Shown here: positions 1 through 17,276 of the stretch, piece by piece
How positions within the stretch are numbered: the stretch's first letter is position 1
How the letters are laid out: every line of letters starts with the position of its first letter
Source: the human T2T-CHM13v2.0 reference genome, Homo sapiens
Strand: one strand, 5' to 3'
Length of the DNA: 64,000 bases
NCBI RefSeq assembly: GCF_009914755.1
Contig: NC_060942.1
Position numbers and translations under genes: made by a program
The notes under the pieces: model-generated
The model's input: the letters and a program-made list of their open reading frames with translations, nothing else
Told to the model about the DNA's origin: nothing
The model's database searches: none

Positions 1-15
1 AATTCAGTAAATACT

Positions 16-460
16 TGTCTTAGTCCATTTGTGTTGCTATTTAAAAAAATACCTGAAGCTGGGTAATTCATAAAGAAAAGAGGTTTATTTGTCTCATGGT
101 CCTGCAGGCTGTACAGAAAACATAGTGCCAGCATCTGCTTCTAGTGAGGCTTCAGGCTGCTTCCACACATGGTGGAAGGCAAAGGCAAGCTGGCATGTAC
201 AGACGACATGGTGAGAGAAGAAGCGAGAGAAAGAGAGACAGACAGACAGAGAGGAGAAGGTGCCAGGCTCTTTTCAACAACCGATTATCTTGGGAATTAA
301 GAGTGAGAGCTCGCTCACTCCCACCAGACAGGCACCAACCCATCCATGAGGGATCCTCCCCCACAATCCAAACACCTTCCACCAGGCCCCACCTCCACTG
401 GGGATTAAATTTCAACATGAGATTTGGTGGGGCCAAACAAACCGTATCCAAACCATAGCA
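16..460 (-). mobile_element. MaLR solo LTR (MST family, MSTA/MSTB-like)
   Basis: Termini tgtcttagtccatttgtgttgct ... tcaacatgagatttggtgggg...aaaccatagca match the reverse strand of MST LTRs. Confidence 0.8.
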
Positions 461-770
461 CATATGAAGTGAATAAAGGAATGAAGGAATGAATGAATGA
501 GTGAAAACTAGGGAATCTTGACAATCTGACATAATGATTGCTAAGATGGCCTTTAAGTAGGGAGATGACACTATAGAGATGATATGAATGATCCAGGGTA
601 AGTGACTGAGCTTTTAGCTGTTTTATCAAGAGAAAAGTTGATTTAGTGTAACTCACACTACTTGAATTCAGATCAGAAGACCTGCCTTTTCTGATCTTGG
701 CTACGATCACACACTTGCCAGATTAACATTTCTGGGCCTCAGTTTCCTCATGTGTAAAATCATGAAAAAT

Positions 771-1446
<676 letters not shown>

Positions 1447-2602
1447 TCAAGTTTCATGCGTCCAGGGAACACTAGGAAACAATTCTTTACTTTGTTCTTG
1501 GGTGATAGAGAGGAATGAGAAAAAGAAGGCATCTCTGTGACTGGACTATTTTATTCATTCATTCATTATCTATTCCCACTTGGAGATTCACCTTCCAGAA
1601 TTCTGGGGCAAACCTGAAGAGCTTTGTGTTCAGTTTCAACAAGTCAACTCTCCATTGAAATGTGAATGAACTTTGTGGAGAGACCTTTCTATGGCAGCCT
1701 ACTCTTATACTGGGCCCATGAGGCCAGTTCAAGGCCATGGACAGTTGTACATTGTTGAATACTGCACAAGGACATTACACCTAAGGGGACTTTTCACATT
1801 GTAGGCATGTCATGTGTATTTATTGTGACAGTTTCCTGGCATATGGAAGCAACATATCTTGTACTACCAAAAATCAGTATATGGTAGTAATTTCCCAACA
1901 AATACAAATACAATTTCCTAAGGAAGATATCCCGTTGTCCATTAGCATAAAAGTACTGCACCATACCAGCAGGTGCACCTCTGAGATCTGCTTGTCCCCA
2001 CCTGATGTCTGTGCCTCTGCTGCTTATTCCAGGAGCAGGTGCAGTTGCCACACCACCACCCAGCACTCAGCCTCCCCTGGCAGAGGAACATGACCACCAT
2101 TACGTCCTCTGTAGCTACAGCCCCAGCACCCAGGTGGGAGTCAAGCAGACCCCCACGGGCTTTGACTGCCCCGGGGGGCTGCCCAGAGGAACACAGAGTA
2201 ACACACTCAGAAACATGGGGGAGATAACACCCCAAGGAAGGAACATGGACCAGTGAGAGTTGGGAGATGGGAGAAGCTGACAGATAAATGGCTCATTCAA
2301 GCTTCCCATGGCTTCTTGCGCCATTCCAAGAGCAATGGCTCCATGCAGCCTCTCCAGAGGTTCATGTCCTTGTGAGATGGTCACCAGCTTTTTCTTACAC
2401 CACCTCTTATCTGTGTTCCCTCCTTCCCACCTCACAGCCCTCGCCCCTCACCTTGGTGCTCTGGGATTGCCCACCTCCCGCCAGCCCAGTACATTAGTGC
2501 TGTGGGCTGGGGAGCCTGGGTCACCATACACTCCACTGGGCTGATGGCCTCCCTGGGCCAGTCTGTGTGTTACAGATGTGCATATAAACACAAGCCAGAT
2601 TT

Positions 2603-3087
2603 GACCGGGCGCGGTGGCTCATGCCTGTAATCCCAGCACTTTGGGAGGCCAAGGTGGGAGGATCACTTAAGGGAAGGAGTTCGAGGCTGCAGTGAGCTGT
2701 GATCACGCCACCGCACTCCAGCCTGGGTGACAGATCAAGACCCCCATCTCTAAATAGATAAATAAATAACAGGCTGAGAGGGGTGGCTCATGCCTGTAAG
2801 CCCAGCACTTTGGGAGGCCAAGGTGGGAGGATCACTTAAGGGAAGGAGTTCGAGGCTGCAGTGAGCTGTGATCACGCCACCGCACTCCAGCCTGGGTGAC
2901 AGATCAAGACCCCCATCTCTAAATAGATAAATAAACATCAGGCTGAGAGGGGTGGCTCATGCCTGTAATCCCAGCACTTTGGGAGGCCAAGGCAGGAAGA
3001 TTGCTTGAGCCCAGGAGTTTGAGACCAGCCTGTACAACATAGTGAGATCTCATCTCTAAATTCTAAAAAGTATAAAAATAAATAAAT
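2603..3087 (+). mobile_element. Three tandem Alu monomers (FRAM-like, FRAM-like, FLAM-like)
   Basis: Monomers start at 2603, 2772 and 2941 (169-bp period); whole block flanked by aacacaagccagatt (2587-2601 and 3088-3102). Confidence 0.85.
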
Positions 3088-3540
3088 AACACAAGCCAGA
3101 TTCCAAGCAATTGGAAGTGTTTTTGAACCATGCAAAGAGAGAGGAATTTGCCCCACTAACCACATGGAAAACTTTCCTAAAACTCTCATTTTGATATGAC
3201 TTTTCCCCAAAGCCCCACCCTCCAGTACAGCTGCTCAAATTTCCCTCTGGTCCCTCCAGTACCTCAAAACCCTCCCTTCGCATCCTTTCTCACACTAAAC
3301 CAGAGCTGCTCACCTTTTAACTTTCGTTACCTGGCTCCAGCTCTGGCTCTCCCTTTATCATACACATTTCTCATTGGAATGACCCCTTCCCACCCACCTC
3401 CAAGAGAGGCTGGGTGTGTAACCCCGCAGAGAATCACATCTCCTTAGGAGGGGAGAAGGGAGAGTGGTTGGTAAGAATTATAATTTAACATAATTGTTTT
3501 GGGCCTGCAGGAGTTGATCACTAAACGCTACAATTACTTC

Positions 3541-4390
<850 letters not shown>

Positions 4391-4429
4391 GAGACTAATG
4401 GGTGTGTTGGAAAGATGCTGGCAAGGTCT

Positions 4430-5200
4430 GAGGGCACAGCCTGTGGCGGAGGCGGGGCCAGGCAGGCCTAGCCCCTCAGCCAGGCCGTGAGGCCCAGGGC
4501 CCTGCCGGGTGGGCGCTCTCTGGGAACTGCACGCAGAGGTGCCTCGTACCCCCAACCACGCCCCACAGGGACACCTGAACCTCCAGAGGAAGGAAATGAG
4601 TCTGGAGGAGCCGTAGACGAAAGAGATGCCGCCTCCTGCGGCTGGGATCACTCACAGATGCCTCAGGGAGGCGGCCAGCCCTGAGTCACGCTGAGCTCTG
4701 AGCGGGCTGTGACTCAGCGCGACCGCGGCCCCTTGGCTGCGCCTGGGTTGATTTGCGCCCCGCTTGTTTTCTGCAGAAGACAAGGCCGTCTCGGATTAGA
4801 CTGCTCCTCCTAAACAACCAGCAATTGTTTTTCTTCCTCAAAGTGCAGTTTCCCTCTGGCACAACCAAAAATAAACACAAACCAGGCTCCTGCCAAAGGA
4901 GGGGCAGTCCCTGGGGCGCCCACCGCACGCATGTGAGAGCTCGCAGGCCACCTGCCAATCATGAATCTGTTAAGGAAGCGGCCACGAAGGCAGAGAAACC
5001 TCTCCCATCGCAGGTTGCGCTGCGATGCACAGGGGCGCTGACTGTTGAGTTGGCGCTCTGTTTATTTCCCCAACTGCCTCCTCTCAGGTTCCGTCCCAAC
5101 TGCTGGACTCACTGCCGCGTGGGCCTGAGCACATTTCCTTGGCACATTGTCCTCGGTGGAAGTTTTTTCTTCTCGATTTGGTGAGTCAGAGCTGGCTCAC
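4430..5200. promoter_or_regulatory. GC/CpG-enriched candidate enhancer with clustered AP-1 sites
   Basis: Non-repeat and CpG-retaining; TGAGTCA 4682-4688, TGACTCAGC 4710-4718, TGAGTCA 5182-5188, GC box ggcggggcc near 4451. Confidence 0.55.
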
Positions 5201-5922
5201 ACACAAACACCGAGCAGCAGCCTCAGGGACTAAAGTGCTTTAAGGACACGAGGACCTATCCTCCCTCCCCCTATCTCAGTGGGGTGGGCGCAGAGTTCCT
5301 GAAACCTGGCCCAGTGCAGTTCATTTGACAGGGAGAGGCTGAAAATGCAAATCACCCCAGCGTAAGTGAGTGCACAGCAAAGACCACGACCTGGCTGCAG
5401 CTTATCCTAAAATCCTGAAGTCAGGGAACACCGTGCCCACAGGAAGAGCTGGGCAGCCTGAACCATACTAAGATGTCCCAGGGTGAACCGGAGCCACTGG
5501 TTAGTCACACTGACTTCACATTTCCTTCGTGAGAAGGAACTGAAGACAGATTCCAGAACTTGCTGTGTGTAGAATGTATAGTTCATTGCATGTAAGTAAA
5601 CTCATGTGGTTCCGAATCTATAGGATCAATTCAGCCATTTTAGTGTTATGTCCATGACATCTGAATTTATAAAAATCTAAGTGTCCCTAGCTAGAGATAC
5701 CTGAAACTAAACAGGCCCTACTTACTATTCATTTTATTTTTGAATAGATAATTCACTCATATATTCAGATATCAAATCCTCATAAAATGATATACATTAA
5801 GAATTCTCACTTCCATGCTGTTCTCATTCCTCTCTGCCCCCATAAGCAACCACTTTTACTGCTTTTTAATACATCCTTCCAGTGTATCGTTATGCAAATA
5901 TAAACAAAAATTAATATACTTC

Positions 5923-6373
5923 TGTGGTTGTCAGAATAATGGCCTCCCAAAAATGTCCATGTGCTAATCCCCAGAACCTATTAATTTGTTACTTTATGTG
6001 GAATAAGGACTTTGCAGATGTGATTGAACTGAGGATCTTGAGATTGGAGATTATTCTGGATGACCCCAGTGGGCCCAATGTAACCACAGGTGACCTTCTA
6101 AGGGGGAGGCAGAAGGGTCAGAGTCCGAAAAAAAGAGAGCTTGGAAGATGCTATACTGTTGGTTTTGAAGATGGAGGAAGGGGCCATGAACCAAGGAATG
6201 CATGCAGCCTCAAGAAGCTAACAAGGCAAGGAAATGGATTGTTTCCTAGAGCCTCCAGGAAGGCAGTGTTCCTTAGACTTCTGACCTCCAGAACTAGCAG
6301 TGAATAAATGTGTGCTATTTTAAACCACTAAATTAATAGTAGTTTGTTACAGAAACCACAGGAAATGAACACA
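5923..6373 (+). mobile_element. MaLR solo LTR (MLT1D/MLT1C-like)
   Basis: tgtggttgtcagaataatggcctcccaaaaatgtccatgt ... aataaatgtgtgctattttaaaccac ... ggaaatgaacaca. Confidence 0.8.
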
Positions 6374-6389
6374 ACTATTTCCACCTTTT

Positions 6390-6808
6390 TCTTTTTTTAA
6401 AACTGTTATTTTAGGTTCAGGGATGCATGTGCAGGTTTGTTATATAGGTAAACTCATGATATGGGGGTTTGTTGTACAGATTATTTCATCACCCAGGTAC
6501 TAAGCCTAATACCCAGTAGTTATTTTTTCTGATCCTTTCCCTCCTTCCACCCTCTGCCTTCAAGTAGGCCCCAGTGTGTGTTGTTCCCCTCTTTGTGTCC
6601 ACGTGTTCTCATTATTTAGCTCCCACTTATACATGGGAATACATAGTATTTGGTTTTCTGTTTCTGCATTAGTTTGCTAAAGATAATGGCTTCCAGTTCC
6701 ATCCATGTTCCCAAAAAGACACGATCTCTTTCTTTTTATGGCTGCATAGTACTCCACGGTGTGTATGTACCATATTTCCACTGTTCACAATAGCAAAGAT
6801 ATGGAATC
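6390..6808 (-). mobile_element. 5'-truncated L1 3' end (L1PB or old L1PA) with a short 5' inversion
   Basis: Antisense L1 3'UTR (ttttaggttcaggg...gtgcaggtttgttatataggtaaac) followed by sense-strand ctgttcacaatagcaaagatatggaatc. Confidence 0.85.
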
Positions 6809-7108
6809 CACTTTTTTCTTAAATGAAAGTTAGCATACCCTGTATAGGGTAACCCAAAAGCCTTGGCGGAACTTTAGGCATGAATAACTTCAGAATTATA
6901 AATGCTACAAACAACATCACTTGGAAGTTGTATTATATAAATCTCTTTTACACTTATTTAGTTTTGTGAATTTTAAATAGTACATTTTATTTTTTGTTTC
7001 AGTATCTCTGATCGAAGATAGAAAACAATAGTGAAACAAAAACATTAAGTTTAAAATTTATTATTCCAAGTTCACAAGACTAAATAAATGAATAAGAAAT
7101 GTATACAA

Positions 7109-7420
7109 GGCTGAGCATGTTGGCTCATGCCTGTAATCCCAGCCCTTTGGGGGACTGAGGTAGGTGGATTGTTTGAGCTCAGGAGTTTGAGACCAGCCTA
7201 GCAACATGACAAAAACCTGTCTCTACCCAAAAAAAAGAAAATTAGCCAGGTGTGGTAGTACATGCCTGTGGTCCCAGCTACTTCAGAGACTGAGGTAGGA
7301 GGGTCGCTTCAGCCCAGGAAGTTGAGGCTGCAGTGAGCGGTGGTGGCACTACTGCACTCCAGCCTGGGAAACAGAGTGAGACCCTGTCTCAAAAAACAAT
7401 AAAATAAAATAAAATAAAAA
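7109..7420 (+). mobile_element. Alu (AluJ-like)
   Basis: Dimeric Alu with (taaaa)n tail abutting the RPS4X retrocopy. Confidence 0.95.
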
Positions 7421-8575
<1,155 letters not shown>

Positions 8576-9058
8576 AAGAAATGTATACAATTAAGTTTTC
8601 AAATCATGTTTCTTCTGTGTTTATAGTACTTGTACTTCTAACGTTATAAAAGTTTCGAACTGCAGTAAGACTTTTGGGATACAGTGGATATTGCTCAGCA
8701 CTTTGATTTTTGTCAGTGAACAATATATCCTAGGGTTTTTGTGTCAATACGCAAGGGCCTCTTTTTTTCTTTTATAGTTGTACAATGTCCTCTCCTGTTG
8801 GTGTACCACAGTTTATTTAGGCAGCCCTCTATTAATGGATACGTGGGTTGTTTTTAATTATGAAGTGTGCTACAGTGGGTAATCTTGTACATATATCATT
8901 TTGTGTTGTGCAGGTAGATCTGTAAGTAAATTATCAGAAGTAAGGATGTTGGGTCAAAACCCTACTCTTTAGAAGCAAGATTTGCATGAGCTTATTTGCA
9001 GGAAAGAAAAAAGAAGCAATAATAGGATGTTATAGATTGTTGGTAGATTGTGGTGGAG

Positions 9059-10140
<1,082 letters not shown>

Positions 10141-10736
10141 CTCAGGGAAGTAGTTTCTCTTCACAAAACTTATTTGAAAAGATATACAGTATGTTAGTCA
10201 CAGCAGGTAAATAACTTTCAGAGTAGCCTGTGGACTGTCAGAAATTTTCTGAGCAAGTCCAATTCAGCTCATCTTGTTTAGCAGGGAGTGTAGGAACTAT
10301 GGATCCATACCTCAACCCTGAGCACGCCCAAAACCTGGCTGACTTACCAAACTATCTCACTTTCACAAAGAGACAACGGAAGGCTGAGTGTGTGTCAGAG
10401 GGTGGCTAGGTGAAGGGGTCCCCACCCCCGCCCCCACCCACTGTGAGGCATTGCGTTTCACTGCTGGGCAGCTTCCAAAAGGGAAGGAAATCCACTCCTA
10501 CAGCATCCCTTCTGACACACATTAAGGCTCTTCTGAGTTCAAAAAATCAGGAAAATGAAGAGTCTGAAAGTGGCCTGTTTAGCTTAATCAGGCTCAAAGG
10601 AAAAAATATGTTTGATTTCCATTTTTGAACTAGTATACCAGAGTTTTCAACATCAAGAAAATCAATTTAATGTGTTGCAACTAGTATTTTTATTTTTTTA
10701 TTTTATTTTTTCTTTTTGTTGTTGTTGTTGTTGTAG

Positions 10737-11048
<312 letters not shown>

Positions 11049-11052
11049 TGAA

Positions 11053-11707
11053 TTTTTTTTTTTTTTTTTTATTGTTCATTCTTGGGTGTTTCTCGCAGAG
11101 GGGGATTTGGCAGGATCATAGGACAATAGTGGAGGGAAGGTCAGCAGATAAACAAGTGAACAAAGGTCTCTGGTTTTCCTAGGCAGAGGACCCTGCAGCC
11201 TTCCGCAGTGTTTGTGTCCCTGGGTACTTGAGATTAGGGAGTGGTGATGACTCTTAACGAGCATGCTGCCTTCAAGCATCTGTTTAACAAAGCACATCTT
11301 GCACCGCCCTTAATCCATTTAACCCTGAGTGGACACAGCACATGTTTCAGAGAGCACAGGGTTGGGGGTAAGGTCACAGATCAACAGGATAAGAATTTTT
11401 CTTAGTACAGAGCAAAATGAAAAGTCTCCCATGTCTACCTCTCTCTACACAGACACGGCAACCATCCGATTTCTCAATCTTTTCCCCACCTTTCCCCCCT
11501 TTCTACTCCACAAAACCGCCATTGTCATCATGGCCCGTTCTCAATGAGCTGCTGGGTACACCTCCCAGACGGGGTGGTGGCCGGGCAGACGGGCTCCTCA
11601 CTTCCCAGTAGGGGCGGCCCGGCAGAGGCGCCCCTCACCTCCCGGACGGGTCGGCTGGCCGGGCTGGGGGCTGATCCCCCCACCTCCCTCCCGGACGGGG
11701 CGGCTGG
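11053..11707 (-). mobile_element. 5'-truncated SVA retrotransposon (SINE-R plus partial VNTR)
   Basis: Poly-T, then cattcttgggtgtttctcgcagagggggatttggcagg... (antisense SINE-R), then GC-rich VNTR units cctcccggacggggcggctgg from about 11560. Confidence 0.95.
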
Positions 11708-11714
11708 TATTTTT

Positions 11715-12240
11715 AAAAATCATATTTGTACACTCATGTTCATAGCAACATTATTCATAATAGCCAGAAAGTGGAAGCAATGCAATGTCCATCGATGAAT
11801 GAAAGGATAAACAAAATGTTATTATCTATCTATCTATCTAGATTATGTGTGCATCCAGTGGAATATTACTCAGCCTTAAAAAGGAAAGAAATTTGGACAC
11901 ATGCTATAACATGGAGAACCTTGAGGACATTATGCCAAATGAAAGAAGCCAGTCACTAAAGGACAAATATGATTCCTCTTATATGAGGTACCTAGAGTAG
12001 TTAAGCTCAGATGCAGAAGTAGAATGGAGGTTACCAGAGGCAAAGGAGGGGAGATAGGGAATAACTGTTTAATAGGTATGGAGTTTTGGATTAGGAAGAT
12101 AAAAAATGTGCTGGAGATGGATAGTGGTGATGGCTGCACAGCAGTGTGAGTGTAATTAATGCACAGAAGCATACACTTAAAAATTAACATGGTTCTTTTT
12201 ATGATATAAATATTTTACAATAAAAAATAAAAAGAAGTGG
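11715..12240 (+). mobile_element. L1MB-type 3' end
   Basis: atgttcatagcaacattattcataatagcc...ggaatattactcagccttaaaaagg...gatggatagtggtgatggctgcac. Confidence 0.8.
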
Positions 12241-12364
12241 AATAAAATATAGGTTGCATAGATGTGTTTATTGTGTGAAAATTTATCAAGATCTACACTT
12301 ATAATCATGTACTTTTCTGCCTATTTGCTATGCTTCAATAACAGAATTAATTATTAAAAACCCA

Positions 12365-12530
12365 AATATAATAGAAGATGTCAGAATGCATTGCCCATAA
12401 TAAGGGTAAGTGTTGTTTTGTGAAACTTTTGTTATAGTTAGAAGTGTGTGTATGTGCACACACACGCGTGCTGCATCATGATATTAAGTGTATTTTGGAT
12501 TGTGGTTTTTAAAAAATTGAAGAAACATTA
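12365..12530. mobile_element. hAT (Charlie4-like) DNA transposon end; the other end probably lies at about 10635-10690
   Basis: aagggtaagtgttgttttgtgaaacttttg; same family in opposite orientation at about 59145-59300. Confidence 0.45.
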
Positions 12531-14366
12531 TGCTGGGGCTAGTCACCATTTCTTAGTGTGCAGTTCCTTCCATCTTGAATTTGATATGCTTTTCCCAGTG
12601 GAAGTAATTTAATTTTAACATTGATCTATTCAAGCAGAAAAATCCTTTCCCTGGAGTCTTTTCATCATAATCATTTTTCTTCATCTGACTGCCCACACTA
12701 ACTAGATTGCATATGCTAGATTAACCAGTAAATTCATGAACAGACTTTATCATTTTGCTCCATGGACTGTTCATGAAAGCATTAGCAGCGTACATCATGA
12801 TGAGAGATTATGATATGAGCTTTATGCTTCAATTCACAAAAACTACAGTTCCTTTAAACCATAGGGTGTTGGAATTTTAAAATTCGTTGGTGGTTATGGT
12901 TCTAAAGCTCTTGTGCTCATAGGAATCTCCTTTGTAACATCTAAAACAGTGGGTTGTTCATCCAGTGCTTGAACACTTCTGATGACAATAAGGCATCTCA
13001 GCCCATTGATTCATTGCTGGGTAGCCTCCAACTCTAGAAAGCTTATAAGGGTAGTTTTATGGCAGAATTAGGTGGTGAATCACCCTGGAGCCCGAAGAGG
13101 CATCTGTGATCAGCTAAGCCTTGGTCAAACAAACAGGTGCCTGGAACCATTTGTCATCCACATTTCAAAGACATCCTTCATGGGGCATGTGTATTGGTTT
13201 AAAAGGGTGCACTTTAATTTTCTGTGTCTTTTAATAGAATGGAGCACTTAATGCCAGGTACTTCTAAAACAGGAGAGGAGGCATTTCTTTAGGTATTGTG
13301 AACAAAGGATCAGTGACTGCACACTGATGATTCCTTTCTATCTTTATGGTCCTGGGGAGAAGACTCTCATGACCATGGGGCATCTTTCTCTTGGATCCAT
13401 GTGGCCCCTGCTCCCCACACCCTCCCTGTTACAGAGGGGGAGTGGGGAGTGGGGGCCCTGAGGTGCCCCAGCAATGCCTATGGCTGATGGGTGAGTCTAA
13501 TTCTAGGGATCAGTATTTGGAAGTCCACTTGATTATATAAGCCACATCTTCAACTATCAGTTTTATCCATAATGAAGGTAGTATTTTGGCCTTCCTTTGC
13601 CTTATTTTTTTGACTTTAAGCATGTTACTCATTAGGCCACTGGAATGCAACAACATAGACTTCTATATCCAACTGGCTAAAGAAAGCTGCACAACTGGGC
13701 AGATTTGTGAAACTCCAAGTTAGACCCCAACCCTCTATGGCTATTTCTCAGCCCTTTTACCTGGCTTTGGCCAATTTCCTTTCCCATCCTCCTCACCACT
13801 TATTCCAAATCTTCCCCAATCATCAAGTCCCTAGTCCCTGTGCTTACTGCCAGCACACAACATCATCCCTCCGCCCTCAAAGAGAAAAGCGAGATGCCAG
13901 TGAAATAGATCTGCTCCCTCTTTCCCTTTTATGAAAGCTTCTCTTGGGAAAATAGAGAAAATGACAAGTCATAGACATTCTAAAATTATTAGACTTACAG
14001 GCAGGAGGAAAAAAATCTTTCTGTGGTTATCTTCAGTTACCAGTACACTGTGCAAGAAAAATTAAATGAAACAGTAGACAAAGTAAAAACTAGAATAGAG
14101 GAAGAAAAGAATACAAGAAAAAGAAGTAGACGAGCCCTCCCCCAAAAAGATACAATTATTTCACAGCTTTCTTGTCATATATTCACAGCATATCTATTTC
14201 CACCTGAACTTCCCCTGAGTCTTGGAGGATGAAGTGTCCTTCCTCAATAAAGGCAATTTCCTAAACTCAGGCACTAGTCTATTTTTCCAACCCCTCCAAG
14301 ATGTTTTTCCAACAACTGTTCCCTTGCTCTCAGATTGTCAACTCTCCTTGACCACTAATTTATCTA

Positions 14367-14771
<405 letters not shown>

Positions 14772-15078
14772 TTAATCCAGATTTTTCAAACACTTTAATC
14801 TACATCCTCCCTCACATTTATCCCTCCATAATATTCCTCATGCTTCCACCAGTGCCCCTTATGCTTGCAAAGATCAGTAATATTTCAATTCCCAGATCTC
14901 CTGATCATGGTCCACACAGAGTACTTGGCTGCACTACTCTCTTCTCCTTGAATGCTTTTCTCTCTTGATAGGGTCCATATTTTAAGCATATTTCCATATT
15001 AACTTCTGGCACGGCCTATCATGTTTAGTCATCAATACATTTCCAGCTTTAGATGTGTGAGTTAAAACTGAGGCTCTA

Positions 15079-15198
15079 GGGCATGGTGGCTCATGCCTAT
15101 AATCCCAAAACTTTGGGAGGCCAAGACTGGAAGATGGCTTGAGTCCAGGAATTCAGGATCAGCCTGGGCAACATAGTGTGATCCCATCTCTACAAAAA

Positions 15199-15235
<37 letters not shown>
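15079..15235 (+). mobile_element. FLAM or left Alu monomer with (CA)n tail
   Basis: TSD aaaactgaggctct; (CA)n about 15201-15235. Confidence 0.85.
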
Positions 15236-15238
<3 letters not shown>

Positions 15239-15794
15239 CTGAGGCTCTGAAGAGAGAAATGGTGACCTTCTGACCAGCACTGGATTGCTGCTTTTATAAA
15301 GTCAATTTTATAAGGCAAACTTGAGAATTTCTGTGAAAATTGTACATGTTTTTTTCTAATTCTTCAGAGATCAAGAACTGTTCCTTGAGTACCTAGACCT
15401 CTGCTAAAGGGTAACTGTACTAGACCATGGCCATTTCCCATTCTATAAAAATTAGGACCCTCTGTTTATTGATAACATATTAATTTTCAATGAAGTGGTT
15501 TAAGATTTTAATGAAATTTTTTCTTCATATGGGGCATTCTTCATATGATTGGAGGATGAATTTGTCTTGCATAAATGAAAATCATAATACCAGGCTAAAG
15601 ACACTAGAGTTTAAGACACTTGTCCATTAATCATTCAACTGCAGAAGTCCCAAGTGCTCTAAGTACAGTGAACTACTTTGAAAAAGGGGGAACCTGTGGA
15701 GCAATGGACCTATTATTTGCCTCCCATCTTCAGGACAGCAAGAGAGAGTTGTCAATCTTTGCGATAGGAGACAAAGTGAGAGTGGGTATGGACT

Positions 15795-16125
15795 TGTAAG
15801 AAAAAACTATTTTTCTCCTCATACCAAATGTGGATAAGTATGTGTATGGTTTTTCTACACCAAGCAGTTCTTCGATTATCTGCAGACACCCACTGGGTGT
15901 CCTACAATTCAATCAAATTCTGATACTATATACCTGGAGTTAGCATCAGATCTCACAAGTTAAAGGGCTCAGTCCCATAAGACTTTCCCCACATCAGACA
16001 CCAATTGCAAGTCCCACACTGCATCTGTATTTCTGACTGCTAGCTACAAATCAGGAGTTCCCATGACCTCCTCCAAGGTTCAGTAATTTCCTAGAAAAGT
16101 TCATAGAACTTAGGAACATTTCACT
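15795..16125 (-). mobile_element. MER21-family LTR fragment
   Basis: aattctgatactatatacctggagttagcatcagatctcacaagttaaagggctcagtcccataagact matches antisense MER21 from recall. Confidence 0.6.
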
Positions 16126-16129
16126 CAAA

Positions 16130-16970
16130 AATGAATAATAATGGTGAAAAACTGAAAGTTTTCTCCTAAGATTAGGAACAAGACAAAGATGCCCACTTTT
16201 GCCACTTCTATTCAACACTATTGAATTATAGTCTGGAAATTATAGCCACTGCAATTAGGTGAGACAATCTTCCTTTCCAGATTGGAAAGGAAGAAGTAAA
16301 TGATCTCTATTTGCAGATGAAATGATTTTATATATTGAAAATCCTAAAAATTATTTTAAAACAGTATTATAAGTAATAAATTCAGCAAAATGGCAGGATA
16401 TGAGATCAACATACAAAAATGTTATATTTGCATATGCTAGCAATGAACAACATGAAAGGCAATTAAGAAAACAATTCCATTTACAATAACATCAAGAAGA
16501 ATAAAATATTCAGATATCAATTTACCATAGAGATGTAAGATTTGTACTCTGAAAACTACAAAACATTGATTAAAGAAATTAATGAAGGCCTAAGCACTTG
16601 TAAAGATAACCCATATTAATGGATTGGAAAATATTTCTTTTCTCTTTTTTTGGAAACAAAGCCTCGCTCTATCACCCAGGCTGTCATAGCTCACTGCAAC
16701 CTCCAACTTTCAGGCTCAAGTGATCCTCCCACCTCCCAACTAGCAATAACCACAGGCATGCAACACCACACCCTGCTAATTTTTTACTTTTTGTAGAGAT
16801 GGATTCTCTCACTGTATTGTTCAGTCTCGTCTTAAACTTCTGACATCAAGCGATTCTCTTGCCTAGGCCTCCCAAAGTGCTAGGATTGCAGGCACAAGCC
16901 ACCACAGCCAACCAGAAGACTTATTAATAAGATGGCAATACTCCTAAAATGATCTAGATTCATTGCAATC
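16130..16970 (+). mobile_element. L1M ORF2 fragment interrupted by an antisense AluJ (about 16635-16912)
   Basis: ggtgaaaaactgaaag...ggaacaagacaaagatgcccact...gaaaactacaaaacattg. Confidence 0.8.
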
Positions 16971-17006
16971 TGTAACTTTCCCAACTACACAGCAGCTAGA
17001 TGACGT

Positions 17007-17228
17007 AACAACCTCCACCACCCGGGTTCAAGCGATTTTCCTGCCTCAGCCTCCCAAGTAGCTGGGATTACAGGTGCCTGCCACCAAGCCTGGCTAATTT
17101 TTGTATTTTTAGTAGGGACGGGGTTTCGCCATGTTGGCCAGGCTGGTCTCGAACTCCTGACCTCATGATCTGCCCACCTTGGCCTCCCAAAGTGCTGGGA
17201 TTACAGGTGTGAGCCACCACGCCCAGCC
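17007..17228 (-). mobile_element. Truncated Alu (3' end missing)
   Basis: Antisense Alu starting at caacctccacc with no tail. Confidence 0.9.
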
Positions 17229-17276
17229 TGACTGAATGTTTTCTGAATGAGAAGAATCACTTTCAACTACTGTTAT

